Assembly: GCA_965287045.1 (NCBI GenBank)
Contig: OZ336903.1
Coordinates: 806,001-870,000 of the forward strand
DNA from: Carcharhinus amblyrhynchos
Lineage: Eukaryota
Direction of reading: 5' to 3'
Length of the DNA: 64,000 nucleotides
Part shown: piece by piece, positions 39,087 to 52,631 of the stretch
Layout: every line of letters starts with the position of its first letter
Numbering within the stretch: position 1 is the first letter of the stretch
The notes under the pieces: model-generated
What the model saw: only the letters and a program-made list of their open reading frames with translations
Databases searched by the model: none
What the model was told of the DNA's origin: nothing
Translations under genes and position numbers: made by a program

Positions 39087-42000
39087 ATGAGAGGTCACAA
39101 TTTGAGATTGACAGACAATGTTAAAACAGTGGTCCATAATTTGTGGACAATGGATTTGAATGTTTCAACAGTGACCCTCGACATGAGAATAAGAGATTGG
39201 AATTTTACACTGACAGATCATTTTTGGAAAACGAGAGATATGAATGTTCCAACGATGAGCAGAATTTTATCCGGAGCTCTTTACGAACTTTCTACATATT
39301 ATGCTTGGATGTCGTTAGAAAACCGGATCTACTTCACGTTGCTGATTATTCAGGCAGGTTACTATCCCATCCTCGCCATTGTTGGTGTCCCCGGTAAGTC
39401 GTTTTATGCCTCCACTAATTATACCATAATTCGAAACCCGGTAATGTTCCTGTCATTGTACTTGGGAAGACCAGATTTTTTTTTAATATCCAATAACGAA
39501 AACGGTGACCTACCCCTGAATGTCCTTTTCCCCGGCCTGCCCAATGCCTGAGCATCAAGATAATGAATGTCCACAACCTCCGAAATTGATTTGACATGGA
39601 GTTTTATCCAGAATCCACCTTTCTCTACATTATCAAACACTGACCTTGCCCCAACTCTGCCTGAAGGGAATGCTGCAGAAAGTCTCATTTGTGTTTTTGT
39701 TACAAAAAAGACTCGATGATTCGACTGTCATCTGGTAATGTTAAGCTTTCATATCTCACCACAGCCCATCTGGAAAGCACGTCCCTGTCGTCAAAATCAC
39801 AGCAAACCAGTTCAGTCACTGTGCTGATGCAGAATGATATTGACAGCTTTCCATGCCAGTTGCTCATTAAGTTAAGTGCTTTCCTTACTTTGGCAAAACA
39901 GGACAAATCTGTATCTATCCTTGGCTACAATTCTCTCTCTCTCTCTCTCTCTCTATTTGAATACGGTAATCTAGCAGATACAGAATGACATAGAAAAAAA
40001 AAATAGGGAAAAAATAAATAAAAACAAAACACTCAAGGACACTCACAAACATGCACAGACATGTTCAAGTTTACCCTTTTACAGAGACAAACACAACTAT
40101 AATGAAATATTAAATTTGTTTATGTTTGCACAAAAGAGGGCAGAGTCAGAATGAAGACTGAATAATTGAACGTCCTTTTGTGTTATTTATAGTAGAAATG
40201 TTTTCACGTAAATTAACAACTGTTGCTGTTGAAATGTGGGGTATTTTATTCTGCATCAAGAACGATGTGTTCTAACAGAAAGTGGTAAAACATGAAAATG
40301 AACTGAGATATAAGCAGGGCAATACATTACTCTAGCTGCATCAATGCTACGCCAGCATGTACAGGCATCTGTATGCGACAGCAGACAGTGGTCTTTTTTT
40401 TTAACACAAATTTGAACCAATTTCAAATTAATCTGTCAATGTTTTCCTAACATTCGATGAGAGTGTTCGTCACTGTGTGCGTGCTGTGTTGGTTCAGGAA
40501 CACATTGCATCGTTATTTAGACATATTAACCTGCAAGTGAGACAACTTATGACCTACAAATCCTGCTGGACAGTTAGAAAATGTGTTGTGGATGTTTTTT
40601 TTTCCCCTGTGGCTGTATTCTGCCTTGCAGCAAGTAATGAGACTCTGTAGCCCTGGGCGCCGATCGAAAATCTTTGGAAAGCTCTGTGATGAATTCCAGT
40701 CAACTATTCATTCTCAAAAAGACTGTATCTTTCTCTCAGCATGGCACGGTGGCACGGTGGTTAGCACTGCTGACTCAGAGCGCCAGGGACTCGGGATCAA
40801 TTCCCGGTTTGGACCTCAAGCTGTGTGGACTCTGTACTTCTTCCACATGTCTGGGTGTGTTCCCTTGGACGCTCCAGTTTCGTCCCACAGTCCGAAAGAT
40901 GAGCTGGTTAGATGCTTTGACCTTGCTGAATTTTCCCTCATTTATCCAAACAGACAAATTGGGTAAAGAACCGGGCCAAGTGTCAGATTTGTTTGTGGGA
41001 GAGCAATTTGGATATAGTGACCACAGTTCGGTGTCTTTCATTATTGCAATAAAGAGGGAAGGGCTATACAGCCAGGCAAGTTTTATAATTGGGGGAGGGT
41101 TAATTATGATGAGAATAGGCAATAATTGGATAGCAAATGATGGGAACAGAAACAGTCAGGAGAAGACACAAATGGAAGTGGAGCTTGTTCAAGGAACAAA
41201 TACTGTGTGTCCTTGATAGGTATGTCCCTGTCAGGCAGGGTGGAAATGGCCAAATGAGGGCAGCACGGTTCACAAAAGAGGTTGAATGCTTGTCAAGAGG
41301 AAACATGAAGCGCATGTAAGGATTTGAACTCAAGGTTCAGTGAGGTCGCTTGAGTGTTACAAGGTAGCAAAAATGAGTTAAAAAGGGCTTAAGAGAGCTA
41401 GCAGGGGGCATGAGAAGTGCTTGGCAGGTCGGATCAAGGAAAACCCCAAGGCTTTTTACTCGTGTGTCAGAAATAAAAGAATGACAAGAGTGAGGTTAGG
41501 GTCATTCAAGGATAGATGTGGGAACTTGGGAATGGAGTCAGAAGAGATCAGAGAGGTGATGAATGAATACTGTTCTTCAGTGTTCACCAAGGAGAGGGGG
41601 CATGTTTTTGAGGATGAGAGTGCGAGACAAGCTGATAGGCTGGAGGAGGTAAATATTCTGAGGGAAGGTGTATGAGTTATGTTGAAAAATCTGACGATCG
41701 ATAAGCCCTCTGGACCAGATGAGATACATCCTAGGTTTATTTGGAGGCAAGGGGTAAGATTGAAGAGTCTTTGATCATTCATGTTCACGTGCACAGTGAT
41801 AGTGCCAGATAATTGGAGAGTGGCTAATGTTATTCCTCTTTTCAAGAAAGGTGATATGAGTAACCCTGGTAATTACAGACCAGTTAGTCTTACTTTGGCA
41901 GTCAGCAAGTTAATGGAAAAGGACCTGAGGGTTTGGATTTATGACCATTTGGAAAGATGCAGCTTAATCCGAGATAGTCAGCAAGGATTCGTGAGGGGTG

Positions 42001-45000
42001 AGTCTTGCCTCACAAATGTGATTGCATTCTTTGAGGAGCAAACTAAATGTGTATATGAAGATAGAGAAGTTGATGTTGTAAACATGAATCTTAGTAAGGC
42101 GTTTGAAACGTGTCCCAATGGTCGGCTCACGAAGAAAGTAAGGAGTTGTGGAATAGAGGGAAATTTGTCCGATTGGATAAGTAACTGGTTATCTCAGAGA
42201 AGTCATGATGTGGATATGCCGGTGTTGCACTGGGGAAAACACAGTAAAAAGTCTGACAACACCAGGTGTAAGTCCAAGCGATTTATTTGATAGTAAACTC
42301 ACAAGCTTTCGGGGTTTGTCCCTTCGTCAGGTGAATGGAGAGTTCTGGCCTCAACAGAGCTTATAAAGCACAGTTTACAGATTACTGATTAAAATGTGAA
42401 TCTAATGATTTGAACAGCAGTTAGGTGTAAAGATTCGCTTTCGAATCAGTAATCTGTAAACTGTCTGTGCTTTATATACTCTGTCTGAGGCCAGAACTGT
42501 CCATTCACCTGACGAAGGGACAAACCCCGAAAGTGTGTGAGTTTACTATCAAATAAATCGGTTGGACTTAAACCTGGTGTTGTCAGACTTTTTACTATCT
42601 CAGAGAAGACAGAGGGTGGTGTTGGATGGATTTTTTTTCAGACTGGAGACCAGTTAGTAGCGGTGTGTCACAGAGATCAGTGCGTGGCCCTCTCCTATTT
42701 ATCATTTTTATCAATGACTTGGAGGAGAGGCAGTTGAAGGGTTTGTCACTTAATTTGCTGATGACCCAAGATTCGCTGAGTAGTGGATGAGATGGAGGGT
42801 TGCAAAAACAAAAGCATTGATAGGAAACAAAGCTGGGAGGAAAAATAACAGATTGAGTTTAACCCTCTTAAGTGTGAGGTGATTCATTTTGGTAGGACAA
42901 ATTTGAAAGCGGATTACAGGATGAATGGCAGAGTTCTGAGGAATAGTGAGAGATTGGGTTTCACATCCACAGATCTCTGAAGGTTGCCACTCAAGTGGAT
43001 AGAACCGTGAAGAAGGTTTATATTCTGTGAGCGCTATTAACAGCGGGGTTGAGTTTAAGAACTGTGCGGTTATGTTGCAACTAATCAGAATCTTGTTGAG
43101 ACCACAGTGGAATATTGCATGCAGTTCACCACACTATAATAATGATGTGGAAGCACTGGAGAGAGTGCAGAGGAGATTTACAAGGATGCTCCCTGGTTTG
43201 GAGGGTCGGTCTTATGAGGAAAGTTTGAGGGAGTTCTTTTTTTCTCTTTAGAGCAGAGGAGAATGGGTGGCGACTTAATAGAAGTTTAAAAGATGACAAC
43301 AGGGATTTATAGACTGGACTTGCAGATGTCTCGTATGGATGGAGTTGTTACTGGGGGGCAGAACTATCAGCTTCATGGTGGGAGATATAGGAGGGATGCT
43401 CGAGATAAGTTCCTTACTCAGAGAGTGGTTGGGGTGTGGAATGGACTGCCTGCTGTGATAGTGGATTCACAAAAGTTTGGAACTTTCAAGCAGTTATTGG
43501 ATAAGCACACCAGAGTGATAGTGAGCAGGATGGCTTGATCTCAGTTTCAGGCAAAGATCGGCACAACTTTGAGGGCCAAAGTGTCGGTATTGTGCTGTAC
43601 TGTTCTGTCTCCTGTGTTCTATACACTGAAGCATGGAGGCATCTTGAGAGCTATCGGGAAGATATGCTTTAATTTTGTCTTTTACTCTCATTCTATGCAA
43701 TTCAATCTGCACTTCATTTTTTGTTTTTATTCCCAAATGACTTTCGAGTTACGATACCTTTGTTAAGTTGATATTTCAGTACACTCTCGCTATGACTGCC
43801 TGCATTCACCCCACAGCAGAGTGATAGCAGCATCATGCAAAGCATTCTCCACTCACTTCCTCCATCACACTCCACCTCCACAGACAGTCCCCGTCAAAGC
43901 ACAACTCCTGTTCGGCCGGAGCACCGAGAATTCCACACATCTCGTCAGATGCCTTCTGTGCCCTCCATCCATGACTCCTCAGCCACATGCTTCGTTCCCA
44001 ACCGCAATATTCACCTCTCTATGTCGCTTACTGTCACCGCTGTAGCAGCCATCCATGCCACTTTCAACGCTGATTCGTTCACTGTTCATTTGACACCACC
44101 ACGCAACTCCGCCCCCTTCCCCTCCACATACACAGACATCCTGCGCCATGCACCTCCGAGTATCCCACGAGCTTTGGACCCTTGCTTTTAAACCATCACT
44201 GACTCATGGATCCCCTTCAAAGCTGCACAGATGGTTCATCACCTTCCCAGCACCACAAGTTATCTTCACACTCGGGGAGAGAAGGCTCTTTCTCTCTCTG
44301 ACTCACTCATCCCAGTAAATCAAACACCACCTCATGTGAAAACCAGTATCCCGTCGCACACTCCTGTCTCAGCTGTCGTCACTCTTCAACCTGCCTCATA
44401 GAAACCATCAACTGAAAATGCTGCCTTAATCGACAACTACACAATCGATCAACAAACCCGTACCCACTGCATCCCAAAGCTGTCGATATTGCCAGTTTGC
44501 ATGGAGTATCAGTGGTGAGTTGCCAGATGAAGCCTCGAGGGAATGAGCAAAACAAAAATCCTGCACTGTGGGGATGAAGCCAATGGATGTGTTACTTTGG
44601 GTCGGTCAGATGTTGTACGCTGGTAAAGCATCTGTTTGAAAAATGTTGTGGAAATCTCAAAGCTCAATGATTTTCATGAATAGGAGGTGAAATTGCACAT
44701 TGTCAAGAATCAAGGAAACAAAAACTTACCTTTACTTGGGACTCTGCACACATTCAAGGGATCTGCATTCAGCTCAAAACATTAAATCAGAATGTAGCCT
44801 CGCCTGTCTCTTTTCAAATAGAACCATGTTTCAAGGGGCGGAGCAAGATACTGCGGTAAACAAAGGGGCAGAGTGATTCGCTTCATGAAATGGTCACTGG
44901 CTAATGGCGGCTGGCCAAGGCGCAAACATTCAACAAGTGGTACTGGGTGAGTTCCAGGAGGGAACCAATTTAAGACATCGAAGGAATAGGACAATGAAAG

Positions 45001-46138
45001 AGCAGAATGAACAATAAAAATTAACATTGACTAGAACAATTTCAGTACCTTTGCAAGGGAACCCCTCCTGAATTCTGCCACATAACAGACTTTGTAGTTT
45101 ATCCACAGTAAAAGCAATATGTTACTTGATTAGGTACCATATTTGACGACAGTGCATGTCTTCACTGAAGGTAATGTTCTTTCCTTCCTGATGTATAATT
45201 TCCCTGTTTTTTTTTTCCTGTCTCCTACAGCTAACTTAGCCACGATTGTGATATTAGCCTTTCGAAAATGTGGCCTCTCCAAATGTGTAACGCGCTACCT
45301 GGTGGCCATGGCAACAGCAGATCTACTCATTATTATTATTGACTTGATACTAAGACACATTCCAATTGTTTACTGGGAACATTTCCAATTTCTGTGGTCT
45401 ATGCCTGTGTGCAATATCCATGCAGTTTTCTTGTTTGCAGCCACTGACTGTTCTGTTTGGATGACTGTGACTTTCACCTTTGATCGATGTGTTGCTATTT
45501 GTTGCCAGAAGCTGAAAAATAAATATTGTACGCAGAAAACTGCTGCTGTGGTTCTCGGAACTGTTGCTGTGTTGAGCTGTTTCAAGAATACCTTCTGGTA
45601 TTTTATGTTGACAGAATCATACTCGATGAGGAATAGCCCATGGTTCTGTTCAATAACATTCAGTGTACAGCTATCTCCAGTTTGGATAGCTGTTGAGTTT
45701 CTGCACCACATTCTAACCCCATGCTTACCATTTGGCCTGATTTTGTTGCTAAATGTTGTCACCATCAGGCATATTGCAGTGAATAGCAGAGCCCGTAGAA
45801 GACTTCGAGCTGTGAGAAGTGGGGATAGTTCCAAAGACAAAGAGATGGAGGGTCGACGGAAATCTATAATTTTACTGTTTGTTATCTCTTTGAATTTCAT
45901 CGTGTTGTGGGCTGTTATAATGGTGTTTTCAATAAACAGTCGCGTGTATTATCTAATCTATTATTCTGGAAAGATGAGTGATTATGTGCAGGAAATGGGC
46001 TTCATGTTGCAGCTCATGAGTTGCTGCACAAACACTTGCATTTATGCCGTGACCCAGACTATGTTCAGAGTACAATTGAAAATTGTGCTGAAATATCCGT
46101 TTATTTCAGTTGTTCGATGCTTTCAAAGATATAAATAA
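39087..46138 (+). CDS. GPR139/GPR142-like class A GPCR, two exons (39087-39393 + 45231-46138), 404 aa, intact
   Basis: Exon 1 ends YYPILAIVGVP G|gtaag; exon 2 starts tcctacag|CT and gives ANLATIVIL, YLVAMATADLL, FTFDRCVAIC and CCTNTCIYAVTQTMFR. 307+908=1215 nt in frame. Confidence 0.92.
40743..40950 (+). mobile_element. HE1-type SINE
   Basis: ggcacggtggcacggtggttagcactgctgactcagagcgccagggactcggg head; cccacagtccgaaagatg body. Confidence 0.85.
40955..43622 (+). mobile_element. CR1/HER1-type LINE ORF2 (RT domain), disrupted, in the GPCR intron
   Basis: [60 protein letters not shown]; tgttct tail. Confidence 0.95.
42203..42595. mobile_element. Penelope-like insertion with inverted arms and 13-bp TSD, nested in the LINE
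   Basis: TATCTCAGAGAAG at 42190-42202 and 42596-42608; ~42243-42405 is nearly the reverse complement of ~42430-42596. Confidence 0.85.
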
Positions 46139-46889
46139 ATGAATAACTGATCATTGGTTAGTTGTTGTCGTCATATTTACTTGTTTTTTTTTCTCTCTAT
46201 TGGAACTACAAGCTGCCATGATTGTGTCAGAGCAGGAGCTGAGCTAGCCAAATCAAAAAAAATAAATGTGGACCGGTCTGTCCCTGCCACAACAAGCTGC
46301 TAGTATTATATCAACCAAGGCCAGGAGAATGGCAGACACTGCAACAATGATGAGAGAAAGTGAAATACCTTGTTGCAATGCAGAGGGCCAAAGTGCTGGT
46401 GTTGTATGGCAGGAGCAATGACACAGAAAGTATGCATATAATGCTGATGAATGGCTAGGCTTCTTGCTATGATGAGAGTGAGGGTGTTGTCTGTTGTTAT
46501 TATGTTAGAGGAGTGCCTGGGCATTCTCAATATGGTAGCAAGGCAGACAGAGTCTTCTTTCAGCAGAGGCAGTTTCTTTTAGCTGAATGTGCCAGGGCTA
46601 ATTCCCAATAATTGCAGGAAATCCATTTCATGCCTACCCTCACAAATTAGAAATCAGATGTGGAAGAAATATTTTCCAATTATCCACACTCCATCGCTCA
46701 TCATTTCAGTGAATTACGTAGGTGGAGATTAATGTCACAGATACTTTGCAATTTTTTTTATTGCAAGAAACTCAGCCCATGTTCTGTGGACACTGATTCG
46801 AAATTTGAATTCACTAAACAAAAATCTGGAAATAAGTATCTACAGAAGACCATGAAACATTGCCAATTGTGGAAAAAAAAAAGGGGAAA

Positions 46890-47745
46890 AACAGGCCTGG
46901 CAGGGTTCAATCTGTCCTTTCAGATTCAGTGTCATAGGCCTGGTTGGGGTTACTGTGTAATTTGAGATTCAGTGTCAGAGGCCGGGCTGTGCTTGAAATG
47001 TTATTTGAGATTCAAGGTTTCAGGCCTGGCAGGGTTCACTCTGTCTATTGAGATTCAGTGTCATAGGCCTGGCTGTGTTCGGACTTTATTTGAGATTAAG
47101 TGTCAAGCTCTGTCTGTGTTAATTCTGTCCTTTAAGTTTCAGTGTCACAGCCCTGGTTGTATTTGAACTATTATTTGAGATTAAGTGTCACAGGTCTGTC
47201 TGTGTTAATTCTGTCCTTTAAGTTTCAGTGTCACAGACCTGGCTGTGTTTGAACTGTTATTTGAGATTCAGTGTCACAGGCCTGTCTGTGTTAATTCTGT
47301 CCTTTAAGTTTCAGTGTCACAGCCCTGGCTGTGTTTGAACTATTATTTGAGATGCAAATCTCATGCTTGGCAGGGTTCAGTTTGTTCATTGAGATTCACT
47401 GCCATAGGCCTTTAATGCTTCACTTTTTCTTTAAATTCAGTGTCACAGACCTGTTTGGATAAACTGTGACCTCTCAGATTCAGTGTTCCAGGCCTGGTTC
47501 TGTTCAATCTGTCATTCAGTGTCACAGGTCTGGCTGTATTCACACTGTCTTTTGAGATTCATTGTCACAGACCTGGTAGGATTCAGTATGTCCTTTGAGA
47601 TTCAGCGTCACGAGCCTGTGTGGGTTCACTGTATCCTTAATGTTTGGGTGTCACAGGCCTGGCTGGGTTCACTCTGTCCTTTGACAATCACTGTCACATG
47701 CCTGGCTCGGTTCACTGTGTCATATGAGGTTCAGTGTCATAGGCT
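46890..47745 (+). repeat. 43-bp tandem satellite, second array
   Basis: Same gagattcagtgtcacaggcctggctg unit; an 86-bp dimer is visible at ~47090-47350. Confidence 0.95.
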
Positions 47746-50700
47746 GGTCTGGAGATGGAGAGAGTGTGGTGGCTTACTGAGTGCATTGAGACAACATCAA
47801 CAGCGGATAGAGAGAGTGAGGGGGAACTGAGTGCAGTGAGATAGCATCAGCAGCAAATGCAGAGGGGTAAATGAGTGCATTGAGTCAGCATCACCAGTAG
47901 ATGGAGACAATGAGTATTCTAAATGAGTGTGGTAAGACAGGGATACCAGTAGATGGAGACAGTGAGTATTCTAACGGAGTGCGGTAAGACAGGGACACCA
48001 GGAGGTGGAGACAGTGAGGGGGTAACTGAGAGGACATGGTCAGGTTGTTCTAATGTGGTAAACAATAAGGATGTTTGTGGGATGTGGCAGGTCACAGGCT
48101 GGGAGTTGACACTGGGTAAACAGAAGGATAGCAGCAGGATGTGTGAGGTCACAGATTGGTGAAGTGTAGTACTAAACGAGGATGTAGGGTAGATTTTGAG
48201 GACACAGACAATGTGGTGAAATGTAGAGATGACTCAGGATAACAGGAGGCCTTCTTAGTACAAAGAAAGATTGTTGATTTTTAGACAGCAGTGAGGATAA
48301 TAACAGTGTTTGGGGGACACAGAGAGATGTGTGAGAAGTAGAAAGAGTGAGGATAGCAGCAGGATGTTAGAGGACACTGGTAGATTGGTAAGACATAGTT
48401 AGCAGTATGGATAACAGCAGGGTTTGGGATGCCAGACAGATTGCTGAAATGTAGTAAATAATGATGAATATCATCAAATTTGGGAGGACACAGAGAGATG
48501 GGAGAAGGGCAATAGCAGTGCGAGTGACAACAGGAATTGGCAGGACACAGACAGAATGGTGCAATGTTGTAATGAGTGAGGATAGAGCTCGGATTCTGGA
48601 AGGCAGACAGTTTCCGTTAACATAACGAAGAATAAGGATAACAGGAGGATTTGACAGGATAGCAAATGTTATGGATATATCCACCATGTCTGTGGACACT
48701 GACTGATTGGATATCAGTAAGCTTTAGTGATTGGATATCAGTAAGCAGTGAGGATATCAGTTAGCTTTTGGAGGATAGGGGTCCGTGTTAAAATGTAATA
48801 AACAATGTGGACAACAGCAGGTTTTGGGGGATAGTGAGAGAATGTTGAAATGTAGTAAACAGTGTGGACAACAACAGGTTTTGGGGGATAGTGAGAGAAT
48901 GTTAAAATGTTGTAAACAACGTGGACAACAGCAGGTTTCAGGGAAATGTGGGAAACAGTGTGGATAAAAGCAGTGTTTCGGAGAACATGCACGGCTTGGT
49001 GAAATGTTGGAAAGAGTGATGGCAGAGGCAGGATTTAGGAAGCTAATGAGAGATTGTGAGGATAACAACGGATGTGGAAGAGGCAGGAAATAGATGAAAT
49101 GTACTAATCTGTGCGGATAGTGGAGGATTTGTGTGTTAGGGGTCGTGCTGGAATGAAGCATGGCGCTGTATTGAGTTGTCAGGGAAATACAGTTCTCTGC
49201 GTGGCGATCGAGAGACAGAAATGAAGAGAAAGGAATCAAACCGTGTATCTAACTGTCATAATCTTTATTTAATAGGATGGAAGCTGCTACTAAATGGAAT
49301 TCAAATACATATGACAATAATAAACAATAAATCTTGGATTATAATCCCGGCTCTGCTCCATAATGTAATGCGAAATAAGAGCTTTAATGCAGACATTGTA
49401 ATCCCGGATATACATTCTATTCTGCTTCTCATTGAACAGAATGCGGACTCACACAAACTGAGAAGAAAAATGCAAATTTTAAAAAGGAAATCAGAAACTG
49501 CAATCCCGATATCTGCAGTTGAAGCATATTCCACACAGTGATATTTGTGGGAAGGTTAAGTAGTCTCCACTTTGATGTAATGCAGAGTCATATATCTGAG
49601 GACACCACATCCTGGATTTGTTGACGACTATTACCTGAAACTGTAAAAGAAATAATGATAAATGCAACACAATCCACAAACAGCTAAACACATCACATGT
49701 GCTTGTATTTTTTTTTACAATATTCCAGGCGAACCGGCTGTTTATTTCTCTCTAAAACACACTGAACCTTCTCCCTGATCCTTTCATTGTAATTCACCAC
49801 TGGAAATACAGCAGGGTTTGGATATTGCTGGATGTCAGTAGATGATAAGGAGAGTTTCAGACAAACGCATTACTAGCGTGACCTGTTGGAAAATGTTTGG
49901 ATGATGTGGAACTTCCTGGGACATGAGAGATGTCCTCTTAGTCCTCAAGAGGCAAAACTCCAAGTTCAGGGAAGTTAAAATGGTGCTCACTGAGATCATG
50001 CTTTGACCACATTGTAGGTCAGAATTTAAGATAAGGCACGGGATTTTTTTTATCCCTTCTGATTAGAGCATTTGGTGAACAGTTAGATATGTAACAGGTT
50101 TGGAGGAAGGGGTGGCTGGGACAGGGACGAAGGGAAGGCCTGTGATAGACAGGAGAAAGAATGAGAGAAAAGTGAATCCTCCCGAGCCAAAGGGAATGGA
50201 GATGGAGAGAGAAAAGAAACAAAGGAAAAGAAGATGTGCCTGGAACGGGGGTGGGGTGGGGTTGGTGGCGGGGGGGGAATGGGGTGGTGGGGGCTGCGGA
50301 CTGAAAGAAGGAGAAAGGAATCAAAGAAAAGGAAACAGAATGGACTCAGAGTTTCCTTTTTTCTGAATCTGTTGAACTGGATGTTGAGTCCAGAACGCTG
50401 TAAACTGTGTAGGAGGTGGGCGAAAGGAAGGATCTCCCCCGGACCTGCTCCAGAACCTGGTTAAAGCAATCCTCTGTAGATCCAGGATGGATAGGGCTGG
50501 AGGGAGAGGCAGGGCTCACTCTGGCTGATCTGCTGTGGTCTTGCCCGTGCCCAGCTCGATCTGATCTGTGCAGTCCCACACACTGGATAATGTTTGATAG
50601 GAAATGAAGATTAGAAATCTAACTAATGTGTGAACTCCTTCAGAGGGTCACACACTGTATTCTAACAAACTGAACTGGATTACACTGAATGGGAAGTCAT

Positions 50701-51417
50701 GTCATGTAACCCTCACAGACTTCATGAATTAAGTACGTTTTTATAGAGGGATTGGAGGGTGGGGTGGTGGGAATTAGATACAGACTCCAGCCTGGTTGTT
50801 CCTATCAACAGGAGCTGATAGCTGTCTGTGTGTATGTGTGTGTGTCTGTGTCCCTGGGCACAGTTCCCAACGAGTTGAAAATACTGCATCTCTCTCTCTC
50901 TCTCTCTCTCTCTGCAGAGCTGCTGCTTAAAGACACATTGACGACATTTATCTGACGGAAACATCTCTCTCATTCGCTTCCTCTCCTCCCCCAATGAGTG
51001 CTTCTACTCTCAAAAAAGTCGAAATTGCTTTTTTCAGCTCTGATCTGTGGTGATTCATTAACCATTAAACACAGGGCACACACATTCACACACCGAGACA
51101 GATAGCAACAGAGGTTGTTTTGGAAATCAGAAATTAAATTGTAAAGGCAACAACAAATAACTTGCAAGAAATTGTTTGAGTTCAGGCAGTTTAAGCAAAA
51201 AATGAACTTTGCAAGAATCAGCAAAAGATGCAAACTTGTAACCGGTGGAGTTCAGGATGAACAAATTGTATAATCCACATTCAGGCCTGGTCTCTCCCTG
51301 CCTGGGCAAGGCTGCCGGTTACTTTAAACCCATTTCCCCTCAGCTTCCAGTGTTGGTGATGTTAAGGAAGAGCCTTGGGATAAATTGTTTGCCTGGTGCT
51401 CCGTCAGGGACCCACCA

Positions 51418-51456
<39 letters not shown>

Positions 51457-51766
51457 TTCCCTCCCTGAAATTAAATTGTCACAATTCACATTGGTGTTTT
51501 CCTTCACATTTCATTGAAAGATGAAATATAGATAGGAATGATTCGGGAGAGAGAGAGGGTTGGCAAGAACATTGGAGACACAGAGACAGAGAAATTCTAA
51601 CCCCCCCACCCCTCATCCAAAAATAAATTCCCGGAGAAAGAGAGAGGAAAAAAATAGAGTCACACAGCACAGGAACGGGCCACTGAGCCCACCAGGCCTC
51701 TGCTGGCCATCAAATCCCAATCTATACTGCTCCCATTCCCCAGCACTTGCTGCAGAGCCTACGATG
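47313..51766 (+). repeat. Segmental duplication copy B (partner ~28780-34051)
   Basis: See copy A; carries an extra ~1.5 kb at 48945-50474. Confidence 0.9.
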
Positions 51767-52583
51767 TCCAACAGGCAGGATAGCGGCAGGGCACCAGGCA
51801 CCAGAGGCAAATATTCAACACATTAACAACTGCTGCATTCAGAATTATTGAAACATCTGGATTGAAAAAGAATTTTTCATGATGAGGACATAGAGAGTTG
51901 ATATCAGAGTAAGGTAGTGACATGGGTGAGGGCAGAAGGAAACAAATATTATGGAACACAGGAAAATAGGGAGATAGAAAATAACAAAAAAAAACTGAAC
52001 GTAGGCAGGGCATGCGGAAATAGAGCAATTGCAGATCTGTAAGGGCACTCATGATAAAAACTGACTACTTTAATTTGTATAACGCCTTTTACACACTCAG
52101 AATATCCCCCAGAGAATCATTGCCAATGCTAAAACTGCCAGCAACGAAATAACATTCCAAGTGTTGCAGGGAATACAGCACAAACAAAAATGGTACGTAT
52201 TACAAACTATCCGGGTATTTAATCTTTTCCAGTGTGTTTGTCAGTGAATAGCGATGTCTTAGCATAACGATTCCTCACAGCAGACGCACAATATGTTGGA
52301 GAGCGGAAGATTAAACAACCACCACAACAAGGACGAAAATAAGTGACAAAGTAACCAGTGGACAAGGTAACCTTATACATTATTTGCATTTTATTATGAG
52401 TCTCTGGTTGAATCATTTACCCGATTTTATTTTTAAGTTTGTGATCAGTAACCTGCATAAGAGAACACATTTAATCTCTGATCGCAGACACTGTTTGTCT
52501 GTGCGCTGTTCTTCAGTAAGAAGCAACTTGGAGCCAATCCCCACATTATGTGAGTGAACAGCTTAATATTTAACACGTCTCAA

Positions 52584-52589
52584 TATAAA
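52584..52589 (+). promoter_or_regulatory. TATA box of defensin gene 1
   Basis: TATAAA starting 48 nt upstream of the ATG; conserved at 57186-57191. Confidence 0.6.
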
Positions 52590-52631
52590 GAACTCCCATA
52601 CTCAAGTCATCTGATTACAACTCATTGGAAA

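Noticed and set aside
45370-45900. 176-aa minus-strand ORF
   Set aside because: Antisense shadow of the GPCR exon.
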